A stretch of DNA of 64,000 bases from Thermoanaerobaculia bacterium (GTDB taxonomy: Bacteria; Acidobacteriota; Thermoanaerobaculia; UBA5066), in contig JBBRRY010000007.1 of the NCBI GenBank assembly GCA_038245905.1, forward strand, positions 1-64,000. Reading direction: 5' to 3'. The position numbers were made by a program, and so were the translations under genes. Shown piece by piece: positions 52,123-60,936 of the stretch. The notes beneath the pieces are model-generated. The model did no database searches. It was given only the letters and a program-made list of their open reading frames with translations, and was not told where the DNA came from. Within the stretch, counting starts at the first letter, position 1; each line of letters begins with the position of its first letter.

Positions 52123-52670
52123 GGCCTGGGCCCCGTGTCGCCGTCGAGCGCGACGAGCTCGAACCAGCCCTCGCGCACGGGGTACGCGCCCGCGACGCTC
52201 GCGGTTCCACCCTTTCGGAACCAGACCTCCGCGCTCGCGCCCTTCTCGCGCTCCTTCACGCGGAGAAGAAACGCGGTCCTCCGTCCCGCCGGATCGACGC
52301 CCGCGTAGTCCGCGGCGGTTCCGTTCGCGGTGGCGGTCCAGACGAGTCCGCGCGCCGCCGCCGGCAGGAGGGCCGGCGCGAAGGGAGGGACCTCTTCGCC
52401 GGCCAGGGCCGGCACGTCCGGCCAGGCGCCGGTCCTCTTTCGCTGGGACATGACGGAATCGACCGCGACGAGGAGCGATTGATAGACGACCTGATCGCTC
52501 GCGGTCAGCACGAGAGGCGCTGCCCCCTGCGGGGCTCCGTCCGAGCCCGCGCGGGGCAGCGTCGCGACGCGCACGGCACCGAGAAGGAGTACGGCGGCGA
52601 TGGCGGCCCCGACGCCGAGGGCCTCTCTCGAGGCACTGGGCGGACGCACGCGGCGACCGGCGGATTTCAT
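52119..52670 (-). CDS. Single-TM protein, DUF6162/FpvH-FpvK-like
   Basis: N-terminal VRPP...RE followed by a TM, WPDVPALAGEEVPPF and REGW; adjacent to the SBP. Confidence 0.6.
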   Translation of the reverse strand: MKSAGRRVRPPSASREALGVGAAIAAVLLLGAVRVATLPRAGSDGAPQGAAPLVLTASDQVVYQSLLVAVDSVMSQRKRTGAWPDVPALAGEEVPPFAPALLPAAARGLVWTATANGTAADYAGVDPAGRRTAFLLRVKEREKGASAEVWFRKGGTASVAGAYPVREGWFELVALDGDTGPRP

Positions 52671-53302
52671 CAGCGCCCGAACCGGACGCGCAGAGCCGCG
52701 GTCGTGACTTCGGAGGGAGGCTCGGCGGGATCGGACGGATAGAACGTCAGCCGCTTCGTCCGGTCCGCCTCCGGCACGTCCGAAGAGAGGACCGAGGCGC
52801 CCTTCGTGGCCGCCGCGATGATCTCCTTCCAGCCAGCCCGGCCTTCGAAGTTCGTGTCGGAGAACGCAATCGTCACTTCGCCGGCCTTTGGGAGATCGGC
52901 CGCAAGCTCGATCGTGAGGCGGGCGGTGGGGAGATCCGCGACGCCCGGCGAGAATTCCAGCGAGCTCTTCACGACACGGAGCGGCACCCGCGTGCCGTCG
53001 ATCGCGAGGACGAGGCCGGGTGCAAAGAGGGCGGCGAACGCGTCCCGGAGTCTCGCGAGCGCGTCGCCCCGGGGCGCGCTTGTCAGTCCGGACTCCGAGA
53101 GCGCCTTCTGCGTCGGGATCTCGGCGAGGTCGATGACGTGCGTGACGTCGATTCCTCCGGTGCGCGGCGATAGCCGCGTCCATCGATTCACGGAAAAATT
53201 ACCCATGGGATGGGAGAAAGATTCCGCTGAAGAGAGGAGAAGAGAGAGAAAGAAGAGAGATTTTCTTAGAAGGGAGGAGGGGAGGGTTTCTCTCCTACTC
53301 AT
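52670..53302 (-). CDS. Exported HPMGNFSVN-domain protein (periplasmic domain usually fused to Ni/Co transporters)
   Basis: Signal peptide followed by HPMGNFSVN, DLAEIPT, GWKEI and LTFYP; no membrane transporter domain follows. Confidence 0.7.
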   Translation of the reverse strand: MSRRETLPSSLLRKSLFFLSLLLSSAESFSHPMGNFSVNRWTRLSPRTGGIDVTHVIDLAEIPTQKALSESGLTSAPRGDALARLRDAFAALFAPGLVLAIDGTRVPLRVVKSSLEFSPGVADLPTARLTIELAADLPKAGEVTIAFSDTNFEGRAGWKEIIAAATKGASVLSSDVPEADRTKRLTFYPSDPAEPPSEVTTAALRVRFGR

Positions 53303-54515
53303 TCGCAGAACTCTTCATCTCCGTCAGCATGCGCTTTGCCTCATCCGCATGGAGGACGTGAAATCTGGGATCGATCTCCAGAGCTCGCTTCAGGTGCCGG
53401 GTGGCGGCCTGGCGATCGCCCGCGGCGCGGGCGATCGCTCCCGCGTGGAATTCGAAGAGAGGGTCGATCGTTCCCATCGCGAGCGCTTTCGCCATCGGCT
53501 CGGCGGCCTCTGTTGCTCTTCCCGCCGCGTAGAGGCTCCACGCGTAGGCGTCGTAACCGCCGACGTCCTTGCGGGTCTCGAGTTCCCGGGAGGTCATCTC
53601 GACGGCGCGTTTCGGGTCGCCGTTCTCGGCGAGACTTAGGGCGAGTAGGCGATGGACCCTTCTCTCGGGCTCGGGAAGAAGAGCTTCGAGCGTTTGGACG
53701 GTCGCCCGGGCGCGCGCCTCTCCGTCGCGGTCGCCCGTGGCCTTCCGGTAGTCGACGAGAGCCGAGGCGACGGAGAACTCCGGCACGAGCGCGAACGACT
53801 TCTCGGCGAGGCGCGTGGCAGGCTCCCAGAGGCCCTTGCGCGCCGCGATCTCCGCTGCCACGGCGAGTGCGGGAGCGTGATTCGGGACTCGGAGGAGGGC
53901 CTCGACGAGACGCCCCTCCGCTTCTTCGTAACGGTTCATCTTCAGGAGGATCCGGGCCGAGCGCGCGCGGCACCACGCATAGCCTTCGAGGTCGTCGGGG
54001 AGCGCCGCGCTCGCGGCGAAGTCCATCGCGGAGAGAGCGCCCGTCAGATCGCCGCCAACGTCCTTCGCGAGTGCGAGGCGGCTGTACGAGGCGGTCGAGC
54101 GGCTGGCGGCCGCGAACCGGTCGTAGGCTGCGAAGGCCTCGGGATAGCGCCCGACTTCGAGGAAGGCGTCGCCGAGGGCCCCATCCAGCTCCGCGTCGCC
54201 GGGACGTTCCACCTTCAGTGCGGCTGCCTCGCGTGCGAGTTCCTCGAAACGGTGGTGGGGGAGGAGAAGCCTCAGCCTGAACTTGCGAAGCGCGAAGTCC
54301 CCGGGCGAGGCGGTCAGCCCCCTGGTGACCGCGGATTCGGAGGCCGCGAGATCGGCAGGATCGAGCGTGCGGCGATAGTGCGCGTATCGCTCTTCGGCTG
54401 TCTTCAGGCACGGCTGCGACTCGGCGGCCGCGAGGAAGGAGAGGACGAAAGGAAGGGCGGCGGCCGCCACTCTCACTAGAGGAGAGAGCAGAGACCGCCG
54501 CCGCCGCGAATTCAC
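53295..54515 (-). CDS. Exported tetratricopeptide repeat protein
   Basis: Signal peptide and TPRs (LGDAFLEVGRYPEA, DAYAWSLY, HAGAIA..LKRALEIDP); downstream of DUF4331. Confidence 0.88.
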   Translation of the reverse strand: MNSRRRRSLLSPLVRVAAAALPFVLSFLAAAESQPCLKTAEERYAHYRRTLDPADLAASESAVTRGLTASPGDFALRKFRLRLLLPHHRFEELAREAAALKVERPGDAELDGALGDAFLEVGRYPEAFAAYDRFAAASRSTASYSRLALAKDVGGDLTGALSAMDFAASAALPDDLEGYAWCRARSARILLKMNRYEEAEGRLVEALLRVPNHAPALAVAAEIAARKGLWEPATRLAEKSFALVPEFSVASALVDYRKATGDRDGEARARATVQTLEALLPEPERRVHRLLALSLAENGDPKRAVEMTSRELETRKDVGGYDAYAWSLYAAGRATEAAEPMAKALAMGTIDPLFEFHAGAIARAAGDRQAATRHLKRALEIDPRFHVLHADEAKRMLTEMKSSANE

Positions 54516-54524
54516 GAGCGAAGA

Positions 54525-56201
54525 CTACTTGACCGTGGGCTGGATCCGGGCGAGGTCGTCCCGGTCGCGGGCGACCCGCACGCGCTCCTGGAACTCCTCG
54601 TCCGAGACGCCCTCGGGGAAGCCCTTGACGGATGCGTCGCGAATCGCGCGGACCGAGGGTGTCGCGGGCTTCAAAGGAGCGGGAGCGCCCGCGTGGAAGG
54701 CCGCGAAGCCGCTCGTCGGCGACCACATGAACGGGAAGAAGTAGCGGCAGCCGCGCTGCGGGAAGTCGACGCCGTCGCCGAGATCCTTGTTGGGTGAGGC
54801 GGCGTAGATCGGGTTTCCGCCGGCGGACGGCGGAAGGAGTCCGACGATGACGCCCGCGACTGCCCGGAGCTCGATGTCCACGACGTCGTCGCAGGGCCGG
54901 CGGCCATTCGGGAAGCCGGCACCGTCACCGCCGAGGTAGCCGAGGCGGCTCGCCGCAGCGAAGGGCGTCGGGGCCACGGCCGTGTTCAGGCGGAGCTGGT
55001 CGGAATAAACCTCGCCGGGGCGCTGGGTGGGCGCGACGCCGAGGAGATCCGCGACGGACTTCGGGAGCCCCTGGAAGAGCGCGAGCTGGAGGTCGCCGCG
55101 CGGGCCGGGAGGCACCGGGATGCCGAAGAGCACGTTCATATAGGTGGCGAGGATCGGGTACAGCTCGCCTGGCGTCGTCGCGTCGCCCTGGAAGAACGAT
55201 TCCTTGTCCGGGCCGACGGAGTTCCATCTGTCCTTGCGGCCGACTCCGACGAGGACCTCGTTCACGAGAGGGTTCCCGAGGCGCGAGACCTGCTGATACG
55301 TCGCACCGTTCGTCACGGTCCCGTCCGCATTGAGCGTGCGCGTGGACGGAATGCTCACGGACGCCCAGCCGCCGATGATCGAGACCGAGTTATTCGGGTC
55401 ACCGACCTGGAAGCCCACGGACGTGAGCATCGCAATCGGCACCTGGAGGGCCGTTGCAAGGACGGTGTAACCGTAGAGGGTGTCGCGGCCGCCGCCCGTG
55501 TTTCCGACGCCCACGCCGGGACGGCCGTTGCCCGCGCCGACCTCGAGGTTGATGGCGTCGAAGGTCATGCCGAGGTCGACGAAGAAGGGGTCCTGCCGGG
55601 GGCCGACGAAGACCGAGATCTTCCCGTTCGCCGCCGTCTGGATTCCGTTCGGAAGGCCCGCGTAGTTCGGGAACGTTTTGGGTCCGATGTTCGGGGGGAA
55701 GACCGGCTGGTCCACGAGGAGGTGCGTGATCTGCCCGGCCGAGGGGTTTCCCGCGGGGCCCGTGATCTTGTCGAGGCTGTACGTCTGCTTCACGTAGAGG
55801 TTGGCATCCGTGATCGACGTGAGGCCCGGGAGCGCGTAAAGGAACGAGTTCGGCTGGCTGTACGTCGTCTTGAACGAGAAGCGGAACGTCACGTCCTCGA
55901 TGCCGTCGCCGTTGTTGTCGATCTTGATGTCGTACCAGGCGCCGTCCTGGAAGCCGGCGTAGTTCGGGCCGCCCTGCGGCTCGATCAGGCCGTAACGGCA
56001 CGCGATGATGTTCACCATCGAGGTGTCGTTCGGGTCACGGAACATGTAGAAGTCCGTGTCGTCGATGGCGGGATTCTTCGACGTGAAGGGCGCCTCGTTG
56101 TGGCTGGAGGCCTGAGCGGGTGTCGGGGTGAGAAGCGCGGCGGCCGCGAGGATCCCGGCGGTGACGAGGCCGCAGAGGCGCAATTCTCTCGTTCTTGACA
56201 T
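54525..56201 (-). CDS. Secreted DUF4331 family protein
   Basis: AAGGAG SD, signal peptide AQA-SSHNEAP, DDTDFYMF, GPRQDPFFVDL, QVSRLGNPLVNE and GFPNGRR..DDVVD. Confidence 0.9.
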   Translation of the reverse strand: MSRTRELRLCGLVTAGILAAAALLTPTPAQASSHNEAPFTSKNPAIDDTDFYMFRDPNDTSMVNIIACRYGLIEPQGGPNYAGFQDGAWYDIKIDNNGDGIEDVTFRFSFKTTYSQPNSFLYALPGLTSITDANLYVKQTYSLDKITGPAGNPSAGQITHLLVDQPVFPPNIGPKTFPNYAGLPNGIQTAANGKISVFVGPRQDPFFVDLGMTFDAINLEVGAGNGRPGVGVGNTGGGRDTLYGYTVLATALQVPIAMLTSVGFQVGDPNNSVSIIGGWASVSIPSTRTLNADGTVTNGATYQQVSRLGNPLVNEVLVGVGRKDRWNSVGPDKESFFQGDATTPGELYPILATYMNVLFGIPVPPGPRGDLQLALFQGLPKSVADLLGVAPTQRPGEVYSDQLRLNTAVAPTPFAAASRLGYLGGDGAGFPNGRRPCDDVVDIELRAVAGVIVGLLPPSAGGNPIYAASPNKDLGDGVDFPQRGCRYFFPFMWSPTSGFAAFHAGAPAPLKPATPSVRAIRDASVKGFPEGVSDEEFQERVRVARDRDDLARIQPTVK

Positions 56202-56285
56202 GAAAACTCCTTGAGGAATGTGAAGCGGTGGATCGGTCCGGGTTACGTGCGTTTGTTCGTGCGCGTGCGGGGCATCTGGGGTTAC

Positions 56286-56311
56286 TACGAAAGGACTGGA
56301 TTTACGGATTA
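56286..56311 (-). promoter_or_regulatory. Putative ECF promoter of the DUF4331 operon
   Basis: TAATCC-N16-CGTA, 85 nt upstream of the DUF4331 ATG. Confidence 0.6.
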
Positions 56312-56361
56312 CCCGGATTCTTCAAGGCGCTTGCATGAGACGTGCCGCTACAATTCGCCGC

Positions 56362-56460
56362 GGAAGCGCAAGGGGCCCGGCGGCCCTCCTGGTCTTCAAA
56401 ACCAGCGTGCTCGCTCCGAGAGGGGCGGCGGGTGGGTTCGACTCCCACACGCTTCCGCCA
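56362..56460 (+). tRNA. selC: tRNA-Sec (anticodon UCA)
   Basis: 99 nt, GGAAG...CTTCCGCCA; 6-bp D stem with 4-nt loop; CTGGT-CTTCAAA-ACCAG anticodon arm; long variable arm; GTGGG-TTCGACT-CCCAC T arm; TACAAT 7 nt upstream. Confidence 0.95.
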
Positions 56461-56513
56461 ACTGGACTCGCGGCTCCTCCGCGAGAGAGCGTGGTCCAGC
56501 TGGAGGATGGCGG

Positions 56514-58487
56514 TCAGATTTGCAGCGGAGACAAATTTGGGCTGGGTATCTTTACGTCGCGTTGCCGTCCTTCGAAAAGCGCCGCCAGAAGGTGCTCGAC
56601 CTCACGCGGGCGCCCCGGCTTTACGACGTGGTGATCGAAGCCCGCCTCCTGGGTCCGCTGACGGTCGCTCGCCTGCCCATAGCCGGTCAAGGCGATGAGC
56701 GCGACGTGTCGTTGGTCGGGATCGCGCCGCAAGCGCCGCGCGACCTCGTATCCGTCCATGTTGGGCAAACCGAGATCGAGGATCACGGCCGCGGGCTTGA
56801 AATGAGCGGCTTCCTCAAGGGCGTCCGGCCCCGTATAGACGGCCCGGGTGTCATAGCCGGCGTACTCGAGGAGCAGCGTGACGCCGTCGGCCGCGTCCAC
56901 GTTGTCGTCGACGACGAGGACGCGATGCCTCGATTTCGCGCTCTCTCTCTGGTTTTCTGGAGCATCCGGCCGAACCTCGCCCGGAGGGGCCACGGCCGGG
57001 AGCCGCACGGTGAACTCGCTTCCCTCGTGTGGACCGGCGCTTTCTGCCGCGATCGTGCCTCCATGGAGCTCGACGATTTTCGACGCGAGATTCAGTCCGA
57101 TCCCGAGGCCCCCCTCGGACCGGTCCAGGGATCGGGGCCCCTGCGAAAAGAGCTCGAAAACGTGCGGGAGAACGTCTGCCGCGATTCCGATCCCGCTGTC
57201 TCTCACGCTGAGCACGACGTCGTCTCCCTCTCGCGTCGCCCCGAGCCAGACGTGGCCCCCCGCTTCCATGTACTTCGCCGAGTTGTTCAGGAGGTTCACC
57301 GCGACCTGTTCCATGCGGCTCGCGTCGGCCAGGACCCAGAGCGACTCCGGGGCGAGTTCGACGAAAAGCTCGTGGCCCGAGCGCTCGATGAGAGCGCGCG
57401 CCGAAGCCGCCGCCCCTCGAACGACGCCCCGGAGGTCGATGACCTCCCGCGAGAGCTGAATCCGCCCGAGCGTGACGCGGGAGACTTCGAGCAGGTCGTC
57501 GACGAGGCGGGTCAGCTGTACCACCTGACGCTCGATCACCTCGCGGGCATGGCGCTGGACCGAGTCTTCCTTTCCGTGCGCCTGAAGAACGGCGGCGGAG
57601 GTGACGATCGGGGAGAGAGGATTCCGCAGCTCGTGCGCGAGCATCGCGAGGAACTCGTCCTTGCGACGGTGGAGGTCGGCGAGATCCGCACTTTGGGACG
57701 CGACCCGCGTCTCCAGGTGGACGCGCTCGCTGATGTCGCGGATGTTGCACTGGATGACCTTCGTCTGATCCACCGCATAGACGTTGCTGACGAACTCCAC
57801 CTGTGCCGAGCGGCCCTCCTTGGTCCGGAGGGGCAGGTGGTCGTAACGGACGTAGGAGTTCCTCTGAAGCTCCTCGAACATCGCCTTGTTCGCGTCGATG
57901 TCGGCGAACAGCCCGATCTCCCAGAGCTGTTTGCCGAGAAGCTCTTCTTTCGAATAGCCCAGAAGCTTTTGGATGAAAGGATTTGCGTCGTCGATCGTCC
58001 CCAAGGGCTCGTTGAGGATCAGGATTCCGTCCTCCGCCGCTTCGAAGAGGCGGCGATAACGGATCTCCGAAGCCTCGAGGAGCTTGAGGGAGCCGGTTCG
58101 TGCCGTCACGTCCTCGATGCCGACGAGGATCAGGTCGGAAGCGTGGCCCCCGATACGAACGCGCCGGGCGTTCAAGAGCTTCGACCGCCGGCCGACTCCC
58201 GGAAAATCGCTCTCGAGCGCGTAGTCTTCGAAGGGACGGTCCTCCGTGAGGACCTCCTTCAGGAGCTCCATGAGGATCGGAGTGTTCCACTGTCCGTCCC
58301 CGAGCTCGTTGATGCGCCGACCCTCGATGTCCTTCGGATTCGCGCCGAAGCTCGTGTAGAATGCCCGGTTCGCCGACCGCACGACGAGGTCGCCGTCGAG
58401 GACGAGAAACGGCTCGCGAAGAGTCGAGACCACATCCTTGCAATAGTCGTGGGCCTGCAATGGCTTGTGATCCGGGACGATCGTCAC
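56514..58487 (-). CDS. Hybrid sensor histidine kinase (PAS-PAS-HisKA-HATPase-REC)
   Basis: H-box LAHELRNPL, NLLNNSAKY, DSGIG, GGLGIGL and receiver motifs (VVDD, DLGLP, KP). Start GTG 58487 inferred. Confidence 0.9.
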   Translation of the reverse strand: MTIVPDHKPLQAHDYCKDVVSTLREPFLVLDGDLVVRSANRAFYTSFGANPKDIEGRRINELGDGQWNTPILMELLKEVLTEDRPFEDYALESDFPGVGRRSKLLNARRVRIGGHASDLILVGIEDVTARTGSLKLLEASEIRYRRLFEAAEDGILILNEPLGTIDDANPFIQKLLGYSKEELLGKQLWEIGLFADIDANKAMFEELQRNSYVRYDHLPLRTKEGRSAQVEFVSNVYAVDQTKVIQCNIRDISERVHLETRVASQSADLADLHRRKDEFLAMLAHELRNPLSPIVTSAAVLQAHGKEDSVQRHAREVIERQVVQLTRLVDDLLEVSRVTLGRIQLSREVIDLRGVVRGAAASARALIERSGHELFVELAPESLWVLADASRMEQVAVNLLNNSAKYMEAGGHVWLGATREGDDVVLSVRDSGIGIAADVLPHVFELFSQGPRSLDRSEGGLGIGLNLASKIVELHGGTIAAESAGPHEGSEFTVRLPAVAPPGEVRPDAPENQRESAKSRHRVLVVDDNVDAADGVTLLLEYAGYDTRAVYTGPDALEEAAHFKPAAVILDLGLPNMDGYEVARRLRRDPDQRHVALIALTGYGQASDRQRTQEAGFDHHVVKPGRPREVEHLLAALFEGRQRDVKIPSPNLSPLQI

Positions 58488-58498
58488 CGGGTCGTCGC

Positions 58499-59311
58499 TC
58501 AGAACGGCGTCGCGAGCTGGAACGTGCCGTCGTTGGACGTGTTGTCGACCTCGACGGCGTAGCACACGGCATTGCCCGTCGTCGTGATCTGGATTCCGCC
58601 GTTCGACACGAAGAAATTCGCTCCGAACTGGTCCCAGCCGAAGCCCTTCAGGGTGAAAGTCAGGGGGCTCCCGACGGCGAAGTTGTTCGCGTCGAAACCC
58701 TGGAACTGGATCGTCTGGGAGACCGAGGTGTTGCTCGCGCAACCGACGTTCGTCCTTCTGAGGGAGTTGACCGAGATGCCCACCGCGAACCCGGGGCGCG
58801 AGGGAGTGATCGCCCCGAGGTCGTCGGCAAACTGAACCGCCGTGGTGTACCGCCCGCTGGCGGAGTCCACATAGACCTGCGCGTTCACGATGAACAGGAA
58901 ACCGGTATTCCGGCTGTCTAGGTCGATCGCGCCTCCGCCGGTGTAGCCGAAGAGGTCGGCGAGAATGTTGTTGAACGTGACCGTCTGGCCGGGGGAGAGA
59001 GGGACGAAGGTGTGCGCGATCTCACCACTCCGGTCGCTCAGGCCCACCCGAACGTCGTAGGAGGCGTTCACGGCGTTGAAAATACTGACCTTCGTCTTGT
59101 AAACCGAGCCGAACAGGCCGTTCGCGTTGGCCGAGGTCGGGAGCAGCAGATGGGAAACGGCGCCCACGGCCAGAGGAGCGCGCCCTTCGGCGGTTCGTAA
59201 CGGGCTCGTCGATTCGCTTCCGAGGGCCCGGCGCCCGGGGTCGACGGGTTCGGTGCCGAACAAAGGGGCGCAGCAACAGAACAGGAGAGGGTAAATCGCA
59301 CGTTTGAGCAT
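58499..59311 (-). CDS. Secreted hypothetical beta-rich protein
   Basis: AGGAGG SD, signal peptide, LLLPTSANANGLFGSVYKTKVSIFN, RTNVG and VDNTSNDGTF. Confidence 0.75.
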   Translation of the reverse strand: MLKRAIYPLLFCCCAPLFGTEPVDPGRRALGSESTSPLRTAEGRAPLAVGAVSHLLLPTSANANGLFGSVYKTKVSIFNAVNASYDVRVGLSDRSGEIAHTFVPLSPGQTVTFNNILADLFGYTGGGAIDLDSRNTGFLFIVNAQVYVDSASGRYTTAVQFADDLGAITPSRPGFAVGISVNSLRRTNVGCASNTSVSQTIQFQGFDANNFAVGSPLTFTLKGFGWDQFGANFFVSNGGIQITTTGNAVCYAVEVDNTSNDGTFQLATPF

Positions 59312-59370
59312 GGGGAGCCTCCTCGTAACGCGGCGAGCGATGCAAGGATGGAGCCACCGGACGTGACGTG

Positions 59371-60930
59371 TCAGCGGGCCGCCTCGTCCATCGCCGCGCG
59401 CACGCGGCGCGCGAGAGTATCCGGAGAGAAGGGCTTCAGGAGGAGTGGCGCTCCTTCCGGCAGGAGGGCGCCCGAGTCGGACGCCGCGTAGCCCGACATA
59501 TAGAGCACGGGGAATTCGAGGCCGCGGGCGGCGATCTGGAGGGCCATCTCGGGTCCGCTCATTCCGGGCATCACGACGTCCGTCACGACGAGGCAGATCG
59601 ACTCCGCGTTCGCCTCAGCGAGCGCGAGCGCGTCCGGGCCCGACGCCGCCGCGAGCACCGTGTATCCGCGTCCCCGGAGGACGTCCGATGCGAGCTTGCG
59701 GACGAGGTCTTCGTCCTCGACGAGAAGGATCGTCTCGGTTCCGCGCGAGAGCCCGCGGCGGTGCGCGCCGGACGCCTTGCGGGTTTCCCGGAAACCGTCC
59801 TCGTTCCTCGGGAGGAAGACGCGGAAGGTCGTGCCCTCCCCCGGGTCGCTCGCGACCTCCGTGAATCCGCCGGCCTGGTGAACGATCGCGTAGACCGTCG
59901 AGAGCCCGAGGCCGGTCCCTTTGCCTTTCGGCTTCGTCGTGAAGAACGGCTCGAACATCTTCCCGAGCGTCTCCTCGCTCATCCCGACGCCGTCGTCCGC
60001 CACCGTGAGGACGACCCGCGAGCCGCCGCGGTCCGCACCGGTCCGGGTCACGTTGGCGGCCTCGATCCGGAGCGTCCCGCCCTTCGGCATCGCGTCGCGG
60101 GCGTTCACGGCGAGGTTGAGGAGCACCTGCTCGATCTGGGAGCGGTCTCCGCGGACGCGCCCGAGGTCGGCCGGGACGGCGCAGGTGAAGACGATGTCCT
60201 CGCCGATGACGCGCCGGAGCATCTGCTCCATCGCGTGGATCACGGCCGCGACGTCCACGACTTCGATCTGCTCGACCTGGGGAAGGGGCTTGCCGACTGC
60301 CGAGAGGGTCCGCCAGGTGCCGTCCGCGTGCCGCATCCGGAATTCGACCTGCTCGAAGCGGGTTCCGTGCGCCATGACGCCGGCGATGCGCTCCCGGACG
60401 CGGGGGGCATCCTCGCGGTGGACGAGCTCGGAGACGTTTTAGCCCTTCGCGTCGTCGGGACGGACTCCGAGCAGCCGTTCGACGGACGGGCTCACGAAGA
60501 GGACCGTGCCGTCGGGCGCGAGAACCGCCGTCAGGTCGAGCGCGTGCTCGATCAACGAGCGGTAGTACAGCTCGCTCTTCGCGACCTCGGCCTCGGCGCG
60601 CCTGGACTCGGAGGTGTCGTGGACGAACCCCTCCAGCTCGAACGATCCCGGGGCGGCTCCCGGGACGAGGCGCATGTCGAATCGCACCCAGAGAGGCGCG
60701 CCATCCTTGCGGCGCAGCCGGACCTCGAAGCCATGGAGCTCGCCGCGGCGCCGATACTCCTCGAGGGCGCGCTCGCGGTCCGCGGGCTCGTAGTAGACCT
60801 CGGTCGGGATGTCGAGGGGCAGGATCTCCGCGACGCTCGCATACCCCAGCATCCGCGCGAAGGCGAGGTTCGCATACCGGAACTTTCCCTCGCGCGTCGT
60901 CCGGTAGATTCCGATCGGGGCGCGTACGAT
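59371..60930 (-). pseudogene. Disrupted PAS-PAS hybrid histidine kinase
   Basis: In-frame TAA at 60439-60441 inside the second PAS domain, and the reading frame continues to the receiver domain. HisKA/H-box is missing near 60280, and there is no plausible 5' end before the divergent gene. Confidence 0.8.
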
Positions 60931-60936
60931 GCGGCC

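Noticed and set aside
59326-59352. Third ECF-like promoter CCATCC-N15-CGTT upstream of the secreted protein
   Set aside because: Spacer and -10 differ from the two matching sites, and it sits so close to the SD that the TSS would cut into it.
56461-60930. Integrative element at tRNA-Sec
   Set aside because: No integrase or transposase, and I saw no duplicated tRNA 3' end (att site) by eye.
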